A stretch of DNA of 64,000 nt, taken from contig JBHJGS010000008.1 in the NCBI GenBank assembly GCA_050331575.1, positions 6,754 to 70,753 on the forward strand. The letters are read 5' to 3'. The stretch comes from Rhodothalassiaceae bacterium (lineage in GTDB: Bacteria > Pseudomonadota > Alphaproteobacteria > Sphingomonadales > Rhodothalassiaceae). The notes beneath the pieces are model-generated. The model was not told the origin of the DNA. It worked only from the letters and a program-made list of their open reading frames with translations, and ran no database searches. Position numbers and translations under genes: made by a program. Of this stretch, positions 18,830 through 29,200 are shown in pieces. Position 1 is the first letter of the stretch. Each line of letters opens with the position of its first letter.

Positions 18830-20665
18830 GTGTCTGCCATGGCGATGCTCGATCCCAGCATGCATATGTGGGTCACCTTCGCGGTGATCGCCTTGGCCGT
18901 GGCGTTTTACGCCACAGAGGTGGTCTCGCTGGAGTTGACCTCGCTGGGTGTCCTAACCGCCCTGACCCTGCTGTTTAGCCTATTTCCATTGAGCGATGGG
19001 GCCGGCGGCGTTCGTCTGGACGCCCGCGATCTGCTGTCGGGCTTCGCCGAGCCTGCGCTGATCGCCATCTTGGCCCTGCTGGTGGTCGGCCAGGCAATGA
19101 TCCAGACGGGCGCATTGGAAGGCCCGGCCAACCGCCTGGTCGACATGACGCGCCAGGCGCCGGGACGGGTCATCCCGATCACCCTGGCGCTGGTCCTGCT
19201 GATTTCCGGCGTCTTGAACAATACGCCGATCGTGGTGATCTTCGTGCCGATCATGTCGGTGCTGGCGCGCAAGCTGAACCTGTCGGAAAGTCGGCTGATG
19301 ATCCCGCTCAGCTATGCGGCCATTCTGGGCGGCAATCTTACCTTGATCGGGTCATCGACCAATCTGCTGGCTGCGGGAGCCTTTACCCAGATCACCGGCG
19401 AGCGCATCGGCTTCTTTCAGGTGACGGTAATGGGCGCGGCGCTCGGGGCGGTTGGCTTCGCGTATCTGCACTTTCTGCTGCCAAGGCTTCTGACCGAGCG
19501 CTTTGCCGACCCCGATGAAGCCCCGGTGACAGGGCGCCAGTTCATCGTCCAGGTCGAGGTCAGCAAGGGCGGGATTTTAGAAGGCATGCAGGCGGTCGCC
19601 GGGCTGTTTCCGGGCCTGCCGAACATCACCGTGCGGTCGATCCTGCGCGACGGGCATATGCTCTTGCCGCCGTTTGACGATCTCACCTTGAAGGCCGGCG
19701 ATCAGTTGATGATCGCGGCCACCCGCCGCGCGCTGACCGACCTGATGAAGCGCTCGCCGCAGCTGATGCGCAGCGCCCGACAGGAAAGCGGCGCAGCCGG
19801 CGCTGGGCCGGACCGGTTGCTGGCCGAGGTCGTGATCGCGCCGGCCTCGCGCATGGCCGGGCGAACGCTCGATCAAATCGGCTTCACCGCCCAGACCGGC
19901 TGCACCGTGGTCGGCATCCAGCGCCGCTCGCGCATGATCCGCCAGCATTTAAACGAGATCCGCCTGGAAGCCGGCGACACGCTCTTGGTTGTCGGCACGC
20001 CCAGCGATGTGCGCCGGCTGCGCGCCAATCGCGACGTCTTGCTGCTGGAATGGTCGGCCTCGGATCTGCCGCTATCCGAGCGCAGCCTGATCGCCATCTT
20101 GATCTTTCTGGCGGTCGTCATCAGCGCTGCCACGGAGATTTTGAGCATTCCGGTGGCGGCGTTAACCGGCGCGACATTGTTGCTGGCCACCGGCTGCATC
20201 AATGTGCGTCAAGCCGCCCGCGCGATCGACCGGCGCATCATTCTGATCGTGGCGGCGGCTCTGGCCATGGGCCAGGCGCTTCAGGGCACCGGCGGCGCCT
20301 CCTTCCTGACCCAACTGATGCTGTCGGGATTGGAGGGCGCAGCACCATGGCTGGTCGTGTCCGGCTTTTTCCTGCTGATCGCGGTTATGACCAATCTGCT
20401 GTCGAACTACACCACCGCGGTCTTGTTCACGCCGATCGCGCTGAACCTGGCGCGCACCTTGGACGTGGAACCGATTCTGTTCCTTCTGGCGGTGATTTAT
20501 GCGGCAAACTGCAGTTTCGCCACGCCGATCGGCTATCAGACGAATTTGCTGGTGATGGGCCCGGGCCATTACCGATTCGTCGATTTCATCAAGGCCGGTG
20601 CGCCCTTGATCGTGCTGATGTGGTTGGCCTTCACACTTTTCGCCGGCCTCTACCTGTTGTTCTGA
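18830..20665 (+). CDS. SLC13/DASS-family permease with central TrkA-C domains
   Basis: 611 aa with many TM helices flanking two soluble RCK_C-like segments (FIVQVEVSKGGILEGMQ..., LAEVVIAPASRMAGRTLDQIGF...). Confidence 0.85.
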   Translation: MSAMAMLDPSMHMWVTFAVIALAVAFYATEVVSLELTSLGVLTALTLLFSLFPLSDGAGGVRLDARDLLSGFAEPALIAILALLVVGQAMIQTGALEGPANRLVDMTRQAPGRVIPITLALVLLISGVLNNTPIVVIFVPIMSVLARKLNLSESRLMIPLSYAAILGGNLTLIGSSTNLLAAGAFTQITGERIGFFQVTVMGAALGAVGFAYLHFLLPRLLTERFADPDEAPVTGRQFIVQVEVSKGGILEGMQAVAGLFPGLPNITVRSILRDGHMLLPPFDDLTLKAGDQLMIAATRRALTDLMKRSPQLMRSARQESGAAGAGPDRLLAEVVIAPASRMAGRTLDQIGFTAQTGCTVVGIQRRSRMIRQHLNEIRLEAGDTLLVVGTPSDVRRLRANRDVLLLEWSASDLPLSERSLIAILIFLAVVISAATEILSIPVAALTGATLLLATGCINVRQAARAIDRRIILIVAAALAMGQALQGTGGASFLTQLMLSGLEGAAPWLVVSGFFLLIAVMTNLLSNYTTAVLFTPIALNLARTLDVEPILFLLAVIYAANCSFATPIGYQTNLLVMGPGHYRFVDFIKAGAPLIVLMWLAFTLFAGLYLLF

Positions 20666-20714
20666 CCCGGTCTGCCTGCCTATAGTCTCTTTAGCAAATT
20701 GAAGCAGGCTGGCC

Positions 20715-21479
20715 GTGACAGACCAATCTCTCCAGTTCCCCCGTTTTTACGTAACCGCGCCCACGCCCTGCCCCTATTTGCCCGGGCGCAAGGAACGCAA
20801 GGTCTTCACCGAATTGCGCGGGGCCGAAGCCGACGCCTTGAATGACGCGTTGAGCCGGGTCGGCTTCCGGCGCAGCCAATCGGTGGCGTATCGGCCGGCG
20901 TGCGAGGGATGTGCGGCCTGCATTTCGGTTCGGGTTCTCGCCAAGGCGTTTCGGCCGAACCGCACGATGCGCCGGGTCTTGGCCAAGAACCGAGATATCC
21001 GCATCAGCCATACCCCGCCGCTGGGGCGCATGGAGCAGTTCGCGCTGTTGCGCCGCTATCTGGCGTCGCGACACCCCGCTGGCGGCATGGCCGATATGGA
21101 TTTCGAAGAATATGCCGAAATGGTCGAGAACACGCCGGTCGATACCAGCCTCATGGAATATCGCATCAGCAGCCGCGACCCGGATCTGCCCGGCCGCTTG
21201 GTCGGCACCAGCCTGACCGACCGCATGGCGGACGGACTGTCGATGGTCTATTCCTTCTACGACCCCGCCGTCGACCGGCCCAGCCTGGGCACCTACATGA
21301 TCCTGGACCATATCCGTCGCGCCCGCGAACAGGGCCTGGACTATGTCTATCTGGGCTATTGGATCCGCGGCAGCCGCAAGATGGCCTACAAGGCCAAGTT
21401 CAAGCCGCTGGAACGTCTCGGCCCGGAGGGCTGGTTTCCGTTCGACGAAGAGAAGGAAGTCGTGCCGCTGGAGGATTGA
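20715..21479 (+). CDS. bpt: arginyl/leucyl-tRNA-protein transferase of the N-end rule (Bpt/ATE family)
   Basis: [24 protein letters not shown] and a C-terminal YVYLGYWI motif, as in bacterial Bpt. GTG start. Confidence 0.85.
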   Translation: MTDQSLQFPRFYVTAPTPCPYLPGRKERKVFTELRGAEADALNDALSRVGFRRSQSVAYRPACEGCAACISVRVLAKAFRPNRTMRRVLAKNRDIRISHTPPLGRMEQFALLRRYLASRHPAGGMADMDFEEYAEMVENTPVDTSLMEYRISSRDPDLPGRLVGTSLTDRMADGLSMVYSFYDPAVDRPSLGTYMILDHIRRAREQGLDYVYLGYWIRGSRKMAYKAKFKPLERLGPEGWFPFDEEKEVVPLED

Positions 21480-21541
21480 CCCGAGACGGCATCGCCGCTG
21501 CGGCTGCCAAGCCTCTTGGCGCGGGCGCGAGGGGTGCGTAT

Positions 21542-23353
21542 ATGCGCGCCATGGCAAAACAGACCCATATCCGCAATTTCTCCATCATCGCCCACATCGA
21601 TCACGGCAAGTCGACCCTGGCCGATCGGCTGATCCACAAGTGCGGCGGTCTCACCGACCGCGAAATGAAGAGCCAGGTGCTCGACAGCATGGATCTGGAG
21701 CGGGAGCGCGGCATCACCATCAAGGCGCAGACCGTGCGCCTGATCTATCATGCCCAGGATGGCCAAACCTACACGCTGAACCTGATCGACACGCCCGGTC
21801 ATGTCGATTTCGCCTATGAGGTCTCGCGGTCCCTGGCCGCATGCGAGGGCTCGCTACTGGTCGTCGACGCCAGCCAGGGCGTGGAAGCGCAGACGCTGGC
21901 CAATGTCTATCAGGCGCTGGACAATGATCATGAGATCGTCCCGGTGCTGAACAAGATCGACCTGCCAGCGGCCGAGCCGGAGCGCGTGAAGGCGCAGATC
22001 GAGGACGTGATCGGCCTGGACGCGTCCGACGCGCTGGAGATCTCCGCCAAGACCGGTCTTGGCATCGAGGATGTGCTGGAAGCGCTCGTGGCCCGCCTGC
22101 CCGCCCCGGACGGCGACCCGGACGCGCCACTGAAGGCCCTGCTGGTGGACAGCTGGTACGACGCCTATCTGGGCGTGGTGGTGCTGGTGCGCGTGATCGA
22201 CGGGGTGCTGAAGAAGGGCCAGCAAATCCGCATGCTCTCAACCAAGGCGGATTATCAGATCGACCGGGTCGGTGTGATGACGCCCAAGGGCGTGGTGGTC
22301 GACGCCTTGCAGCCCGGTGAGATCGGCTTCATCACCGCCTCGATCAAGCAGGTTGCCGATACCAATGTGGGCGATACCATCACGGAGACGAAACGGCCTT
22401 GTGAAATTGCTTTGCCCGGCTTCAAGCCGTCCCGGTCGGTGGTGTTTTGCGGGCTCTTTCCCGCTGATGCGGCGGATTTCGAGCGGCTGCGCGACAGCCT
22501 GGCCAAGCTGCGGCTGAACGATGCCAGCTTCGAATATGAGGCGGAGAGCTCGGCTGCCCTGGGCTTCGGCTTTCGCTGCGGCTTTCTGGGCATGCTGCAT
22601 CTGGAGATCGTTCAAGAACGGCTCTATCGCGAATTCGATCTGGATCTGATCACCACCAGCCCCTCGGTCGTCTACAAGATCCACATGACCGACGGCACGC
22701 TGCAGGAACTGCACAATCCTGCCGACATGCCCGATGTGGTGAAGATCGACCATATTGAGGAGCCGTGGATCGAGGCGACCATTCTGGTGCCGGACGAGCA
22801 TCTGGGCAGCGTCTTGAAGCTGTGCGAGGACAAGCGCGGCGAACAGCAGGATCTGACCTACGCCGGCGCGCGGGCGATGATGAAGTATCTGCTGCCGCTG
22901 AATGAAGTCGTTTATGACTTCTACGATCGCCTCAAGTCGGTCAGCCGCGGCTATGCCAGCTTTGACTATCAATTCCACGGCTATCGCCAATCCGACCTGG
23001 TGAAACTGTCGATCCTGGTCAATGGCGAGCCGGTCGACGCCCTGTCGATGCTGGTGCACCGCAGTGCGGCAGAAAGCCGCGGCCGGGCCTTGTGCGAGCG
23101 GCTGAAGGACCTGATCCCACGGCAACTCTTCAAGATTCCGGTCCAAGCAGCGATCGGCGGAAAAGTGATCGCGCGTGAAACCATTTCTGCCATGCGCAAA
23201 GATGTGACAGCGAAATGCTATGGCGGGGATGCCACCCGGAAACGGAAATTGCTGGAAAAACAAAAGGCCGGCAAAAAGCGCATGCGCACTTACGGTAAGG
23301 TCGATATTCCTCACGATGCCTTTATCCAGGCTCTAAAGATGCGTGAGAATTAG
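21542..23353 (+). CDS. lepA: translation elongation factor 4
   Basis: [29 protein letters not shown] and NKIDL GTPase motifs, with a LepA-specific C-terminus. GAGGGG lies before the ATG at 21542; ATG 21551 is also possible. The track ORF from 20900 is an artefactual 5-prime extension across bpt. Confidence 0.95.
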   Translation: MRAMAKQTHIRNFSIIAHIDHGKSTLADRLIHKCGGLTDREMKSQVLDSMDLERERGITIKAQTVRLIYHAQDGQTYTLNLIDTPGHVDFAYEVSRSLAACEGSLLVVDASQGVEAQTLANVYQALDNDHEIVPVLNKIDLPAAEPERVKAQIEDVIGLDASDALEISAKTGLGIEDVLEALVARLPAPDGDPDAPLKALLVDSWYDAYLGVVVLVRVIDGVLKKGQQIRMLSTKADYQIDRVGVMTPKGVVVDALQPGEIGFITASIKQVADTNVGDTITETKRPCEIALPGFKPSRSVVFCGLFPADAADFERLRDSLAKLRLNDASFEYEAESSAALGFGFRCGFLGMLHLEIVQERLYREFDLDLITTSPSVVYKIHMTDGTLQELHNPADMPDVVKIDHIEEPWIEATILVPDEHLGSVLKLCEDKRGEQQDLTYAGARAMMKYLLPLNEVVYDFYDRLKSVSRGYASFDYQFHGYRQSDLVKLSILVNGEPVDALSMLVHRSAAESRGRALCERLKDLIPRQLFKIPVQAAIGGKVIARETISAMRKDVTAKCYGGDATRKRKLLEKQKAGKKRMRTYGKVDIPHDAFIQALKMREN

Positions 23354-23476
23354 AATTCGCCTGAAGTCATTTCAAAGAATATGCGATGCTCAACATAATC
23401 GTTTAAGTTTCCTTAAGCACTCTCTGCGAGCGTCTTCCGTGTCACCCGAGAGCGGGAAGATTACGGGAAGGTATCG

Positions 23477-25705
23477 ATGTCGAGCGCCAACGCCGCCGCC
23501 GGACGTGCAACCGGTCTGAAGCCCAATTTTAGCAGATTTCTGAGCCTGCAGACGATGCTGATCGGCATCGTTGCCGTGCTCGCCGTGATTGCCGCGTTCG
23601 GCGGCCTGAACAGCCTGGTCCGCGCCAATCGGGCCGCAGATGAAGCGGTGCTGGACCGGCGCGTTAGCGATACCCAGGAAAAGATACTGCAACTGCAGGA
23701 TGCAATTTCGCTGGAACGCAGCCTCACCTTGATCGTGCTGGCCGATCCGGGCCAGGCGAGCGCCTATCAAAGCCGGATCGAGGCCCAACGCCAGCGCGTG
23801 GCAGCCCTGCACGGCCAGGTCACGGCTGATCTGGCGGCCCTGCCGGATTTCGGCACCAAGGCTAAGATGATCGAGGACTATGTCGCGGCCTATCAGCGCT
23901 ATCAGGCCAGCCACGCCAAGATCGCCGAGGCGCTCAGCGGCGGCTCGACCCGGGGGCTTCGACAAAGCTTCGAGGGGGCTGTGGAGGCGGCGACCAACTT
24001 ACGCCAGGCTCTGGTCTATTCGCTTGCCGGGAATAATCGCGAACTGATCGCCTATAAGATGCTGGAGCATCAGCTATGGATCATGCGCGAATATTCCGCG
24101 CGCGAGTGGGCCTCGCTGGCCGCCGCCGTCGCCGCTGCCCGCCCGGTCTCCGCTCAGGATGAAATCCTGAATTCGCTCTATGCCGGCCGCGTCAACGGCG
24201 CCTGGGATCAGGCGCAAGCGCTCATGGCCAGCGATTTGGTTTCCGAAGAACTGCGCGGCTATGCCCAGGATGTTCAGAACCTGTTCTTTGAATCGTTCCG
24301 CTGGGACGTCATTGAACTGGTCATCGGCGAATCCTTCGATGTCGCCAATGGCGACGGCAGCTACAGCTTCACCGTGGCGCAGATCGTCGATGCCGCCGAA
24401 AGGGCCACCAAACCGATCGTGGACTTGTCCGAACGCGTCACCGCCATTTCCATCGACCAGGCCGATGCCGAGGCGATCCAGGCCGTGTTTATCCGCACCC
24501 GGGAGATCGTGTTGCTGCTGGTGATCCTGGCCGCCTCGGTGGGCGCCTTCTTCCTGGTGCGCAACCGCATCATTCGGCCGCTGCTCGGCCTGCAAAGCGC
24601 CATGCGGCGGCTCGCCCGCAATGATCTTGAGGTCGATGTCACCGGCCAGCAACGGCGTGACGAGCTCGGCGACATGGCGCGCACCGTGCAAGTGTTCAAG
24701 GACAATGCGGTGGAAAAGATCCGCCTGCAGGAGGAGCAGGAGCGGTCGGAGGCGGAGCGGCGCGAGCAGGAACAGGTCGCCGCAGCCGCCAAACGCGAAG
24801 CGGAGGAGTCGCAGCGGCGCGAGAAGGAACAGCGCGATGAGGCGGCCCGGCGCGAGCGGCGCGAGGCCATGCTGAAGCTTGCCGACGACTTCGAGGCCTC
24901 GGTGATGCGCGTGGTCGATAAGGTGGCCCAAGGCGCACGCGACATGGAAACCGCCGCGGACACGATGACCCGCTCGGTCGGCGACACCTCCGAACGCTCG
25001 CAGCTGGTCTCCACCGTGGCCGAACAGGCCGCCTCCAACTTGCAGATGGTCGCCTCTGCCGCCGAGCAATTGTCCGCCTCGGTGCGCGAGATCACCGGCC
25101 AGACCACGCAATCGAGCACCTCGGCGCGCAACGCGGTGCAGCAGAGCGAGACCGCTGGCGAGGATGTGCGCCACCTCGCCGACAGCGCCAACCGCATCGG
25201 CGAGGTGGTCAATCTGATCAACGACATCGCCGAACAGACCAATCTCTTGGCGCTGAACGCCACGATCGAGGCGGCGCGCGCCGGCGAGGCCGGCAAGGGC
25301 TTCGCGGTGGTGGCCTCGGAGGTGAAATCCCTGGCCAATCAGACCGCCAAGGCCACCCAGGAAATCGCCCAGCAGATCAGCGGCATGCAAAGCGCCACCA
25401 ACAAGGCGGTGGATGCCATCGGCACGATCCAGGCGATCATCAAGGAGATCGACGGTACCGCGATCTCCATCGCCTCGGCGGTGGAGGAGCAGGACGCCTC
25501 CACCCAGGAAATCGCCCGCAATGTCTCCGAGGTCTCCGCCGGCGCCCAGGAGATGACCTCCAATCTCGCCCAGGTCACCCAAAGCGCCTCGGAAACCGGC
25601 TCGGCCGCGGAACAGGTCCTCGGCTCCGCCCGTACCATGACGCGCCTGTCAGAGGATCTGCGCGGCGAGGTCGGCAAATTCCTGGCGGGCGTGCGCGCGC
25701 GGTAA
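23477..25705 (+). CDS. transmembrane methyl-accepting chemotaxis protein
   Basis: Two TM segments, a HAMP region, an E/R-rich coiled coil and the canonical tip [35 protein letters not shown]. Confidence 0.9.
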   Translation: MSSANAAAGRATGLKPNFSRFLSLQTMLIGIVAVLAVIAAFGGLNSLVRANRAADEAVLDRRVSDTQEKILQLQDAISLERSLTLIVLADPGQASAYQSRIEAQRQRVAALHGQVTADLAALPDFGTKAKMIEDYVAAYQRYQASHAKIAEALSGGSTRGLRQSFEGAVEAATNLRQALVYSLAGNNRELIAYKMLEHQLWIMREYSAREWASLAAAVAAARPVSAQDEILNSLYAGRVNGAWDQAQALMASDLVSEELRGYAQDVQNLFFESFRWDVIELVIGESFDVANGDGSYSFTVAQIVDAAERATKPIVDLSERVTAISIDQADAEAIQAVFIRTREIVLLLVILAASVGAFFLVRNRIIRPLLGLQSAMRRLARNDLEVDVTGQQRRDELGDMARTVQVFKDNAVEKIRLQEEQERSEAERREQEQVAAAAKREAEESQRREKEQRDEAARRERREAMLKLADDFEASVMRVVDKVAQGARDMETAADTMTRSVGDTSERSQLVSTVAEQAASNLQMVASAAEQLSASVREITGQTTQSSTSARNAVQQSETAGEDVRHLADSANRIGEVVNLINDIAEQTNLLALNATIEAARAGEAGKGFAVVASEVKSLANQTAKATQEIAQQISGMQSATNKAVDAIGTIQAIIKEIDGTAISIASAVEEQDASTQEIARNVSEVSAGAQEMTSNLAQVTQSASETGSAAEQVLGSARTMTRLSEDLRGEVGKFLAGVRAR

Positions 25706-25919
25706 GCGGCGGGCCGTCGAGCACTATCCGACCGATTGGCCTTGCTGGGCGATCCCGATCGGTCGGCTGCGGTTGATCGCCCCGTAGAAGGCCGTCCAAA
25801 TTCTGCGAACGCCGCAACAGCCGGCCCAGCACCTGACGCCGCATCGCCACGGCGCGTCGCGCGCTTTGCAAGCCGGCATGCGCACCGCCGGCATCCGTGA
25901 AGGGCACCCGCAGGTCAAT

Positions 25920-26238
25920 CTTCCGAATTTAACAGGCTATTAAGGTTAACATCAAAAACAGGATCTTGAAATTTAACCCCTGCCAATCCTACAGGATCTT
26001 GAAATTGAGTCGATATTATGGCCATAGCTTAAAAAATTTCTGTTTTATTGTCACGATCTTTTCATGAAATTGGTGCTCACTCTAGATGTTGGACCGTTTC
26101 GTGTAGCGGTATGGAATTGCGTTTGATTTGGTCTCTCCGATACTGCCTTTCCTAAAATCGGTTAGGGCGTCGGAGCTGTTTTTTTCTGCCATGCCGCCAA
26201 GGGTCCATAGACATCGCGCGATTTATGAGGAGAGACCG
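25920..26238 (+). promoter_or_regulatory. AT-rich regulatory island upstream of the giant mosaic protein gene
   Basis: Abrupt drop in GC relative to the flanks. Contains the repeated motifs below, a TTAA-N7-TTAA at 25929-25943, and the GAGGAGAGA RBS before the ATG at 26239. Confidence 0.5.
25958..26006 (+). repeat. two exact copies of the 16-nt ACAGGATCTTGAAATT in direct orientation, 33 nt start-to-start
   Basis: Copies at 25958-25973 and 25991-26006. A split, degenerate third copy (GATCTT-ttcat-GAAATT) lies at about 26054-26070. Confidence 0.85.
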
Positions 26239-29200
26239 ATGGCGACGGTGAGCGGTGACTTGATGACCTGGCACAAGATCACGCTTGATTTTGTGACGGA
26301 CCAGACATTTCAGGAAGAAGCCTCGACGTTTCGAGATTATCGCCTGGACGTCACCTTCACCAACCAGGACACCGGCGAAACCATCCGGGTGCCGGGCTTT
26401 TTTGCGGCCGATGGCGACGCTGCCAATACAGGCGCAACCTCTGGCAATGTCTGGCGCGTGAATTTCAATGCTCCGTCACACGGCAACTGGACCTATGAGG
26501 CCGCGTTTCGGACCGGTGACGACATATCCGCGATGCTGGACCCGGATGCCGGCACCGCCGTGGCCCTGGCCGGCGCGTCCAGCGGCAGCTTCACCGTCAC
26601 CCCCAGCGACAAGACCGGAGCGGATTTCCGCGCCAAGGGCATGATCCTGCAAGGCGAGGGCACGCAGTATCTGCAGCATCAGGGGGACGGCGATTTCTTC
26701 ATCCGCGGCGGTCCCGGCGTGCCGGAGAATCTGCTCGCCGTGGCGGATTTCGACGGCGCACGCATCGCCTTCAGCAGCGAAAACGACAATACCCCGGGCA
26801 GCGGTTCTTTGGCCCGCCACCAGTTCAGCAACCATCTGGCCGACTATCAGGGCGATGGCGCCACCTGGAACGGCGGCCAGGGTGAGGCGATCCTGGGCGC
26901 GGTGAATTATCTGGCCGACCAAGGTCAGAACACCATCTATCTGCTGACCAACACGGTCGGCGGGGACGGCCGCGACGTCAGCCCGTGGGTCGACCCAGCG
27001 CTCTATTCTATCGGCCGGAACACAGCGTCCATCGACAATGCCGCCGGCAGCACCAGTGGCGTCGAGGTCGAGGATTTCTCCGTCTATGACGTCTCCAAGC
27101 TGGCCCAGTGGGAGATCCTGTTCGACCATATGGACCTGAAGGGTCTCTACAAGAATGTGCTGTTTCAGGAGACCGAAAACGACCAGTTGCTGAACGGCGG
27201 CACCGGCATTGATTTCAATGGCGCAGACGCCGGCGGCGCCAGCTTGTCGGTGGAACGGCTGGTCTATATGCGCGAGATGATCGCCCGCTATGGCCACAAT
27301 AACGGCATCCAGTGGAATCTGGGCGAGGAGAACACCAACACCGATCAGCAGCGCATCGACATGGCCAATTGGGTCAAGGCGGTCGACCCGTATGACCATC
27401 TGGTCGTCGTGCACACCTTTATCGGCGATCATGAGACCGTCTATGGCGATTTGCTGGGCGTTGAGGCGTTTGACGGCCCCTCGTTCCAGACCGGCGCCGG
27501 CAGCATCCGCAGCAAGACGCAATCCTTCCTGCAGCGGTCCAAGGACGCCGGTGACCCCTGGGTCGTCGCCTGGGACGAGGATTCCGGGGCGCGCGCTTCC
27601 ATCGATGCCTATTCCAACAATCCCGACAGCGCCAATGAGGCGGCCCTGCGCGAGGCCTTTTGGGGACATCTGACCGTCGGCGGATCCGGCGGCAACTGGT
27701 ATTTGAAAGGCAATGGCTTCGGCGGCCATTCCTTCGACCAGAATCTCGACGATTTCAAAGGCTTTGAATCGATCTGGACTTGGACCGACGCCGCCACGGA
27801 CTTCTTCAATAGCTATATTCCGTTCTGGACCATGGCCGAGGATGACGACGCCACCGTGAACGGCGGCGACTTCGTCATGAGCCGGCCCGGCGACTATTAT
27901 GTGATCTATCTGCCCTATGGCGAGGCCGACGATGTCCGGCTGGATCTCAGCGACCAGGGCGGCGAAAGCTTCGACCTTCTTTGGTATAATCCGCGCGAGG
28001 GCGGCGCATTCCTGAACGGCGGCACAGTGGCCGGGGGCGCAGTGGAACAGGTCGGCGGCGCGCCGGAGGATCCAGGCAAGGATTGGGTGCTATTCGTGCG
28101 CAATGCCGATCTGCCGGACACGCCGCCGAGCGAAGATCCCACACCCTCGCCGGACGATCCGCAGCCCGATCCCGAGCCGGAACCCGAGCCGGAACCCGAG
28201 CCCGAACTGCAGCCCGATCCGAGTCTGACTCTGTTTCTGATCGACCCGGTGACCGACACCCGACTTGTCGAGCTCAGCGACGGCGCGGTGATCGATCCGG
28301 TGGCGCTGGGGCTGAGCAGCTACAGCATCGAAGCGGCGGTGGCCGACGGATCAGGGGTGGAGAGCGTGCGCTTTTCCCTGAACGGCGCTGTCGAGCAGGT
28401 GGAGAATTTCGATCCCTTTGCCCTGTTCGGCGATACCAGTGGGGATTTCCGCGGCGAGACTTTGCCCACCGGCCCGCAGGATCTGCGCGTCGAGCTGTTC
28501 TCCGGCAACAATGTCAGCGGTGACAGTCTGGGCGACGTTACGCTGAGCTTTCAGTTCCAGGCCGAGGCCAGCGACCCGCCCAACCAGGCCCCGACGGCTC
28601 AGGACGATGCCGGTTTTCAGGCCCTGTTCGCGCAGACCCTGGTGATCGACAGTGCGGACCTATTGGCCAATGACACCGACCCTGATGGCGATGCGCTGAC
28701 GCTTGTGTCCGCATCCCTGGACAATACCAACAGCGCCAGCCTGACCGTGTCCGACGATGGCACGCAGATCAGCCTCACACCCGCAGAACAGAGCATCGGC
28801 CAGGTCCTGAGCTTCTCCTACACCGTCGCGGACCCGGACGGCGCGCAGGCCAGCGCGCAGGTCTCGGTGGATGTGGGCAACCAGGTGCCGGTGGTGGCCG
28901 ACAGCAGCTTCACCATCGCGGAGGACACGGAGTTCTTCGAATTCGACATCGTCGCGGACGCCCTTGGCACGGATCCCGAAGGCCAGACGCTGTTCTTCGA
29001 CGCGGTCACCGGCGCCCAGAATGGCGCGGTCACCCTGGTCGGCGAAGGCTCCATCCTGGTCTATACCCCGGATGCGGATTTCAACGGCACCGAGATGCTG
29101 ACGGCCTTCGTGTCCGATCGGGCCGCCCAGGGCAGCAGACAGGTAAGTGCGACCCTGACCATCACGGTGACCCCGGTGAATGATGCCCCGTCGGCCGCGG

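Noticed and set aside
20900-21541. The 817-aa track ORF that extends lepA about 640 nt upstream across bpt.
   Set aside because: The extension is arginine/proline-rich nonsense overlapping the well-supported bpt frame. A good RBS and the canonical LepA N-terminus begin at 21542/21551.
23354-23476. A CtrA-box-like TTAAGTTTCCTTAAG in the AT-rich spacer upstream of the MCP gene.
   Set aside because: The spacing is TTAA-N6-TTAA, not the N7 required by the CtrA consensus. It is likely a chance occurrence in AT-rich DNA.
24074-25582. Long antisense or alternative-frame ORFs opposite confident genes. Examples are 2689..3531 -, 5983..7257 +, 8651..9919 +, 15875..17512 -, 24074..25582 -, 29245..30252 -, 32695..34197 +, 44174..45118 +, 49237..50172 -, 52783..54408 - and 62362..63702 +.
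   Set aside because: These are typical high-GC artefacts. The translations are R/A/G/P-rich without motifs, and the opposite strand or frame encodes a protein with clear family signatures and GC3 bias.
25706-25919. A GC-rich 215-nt non-coding stretch after the MCP gene. I considered it as a gene remnant or pseudogene; track ORFs 25575..25907 - and 25724..25918 - lie here.
   Set aside because: No frame gives a recognisable protein fragment. It contains a 9-bp inverted repeat (CCGACCGAT...ATCGGTCGG) that may be a terminator-like structure. Evidence is insufficient to call a pseudogene.
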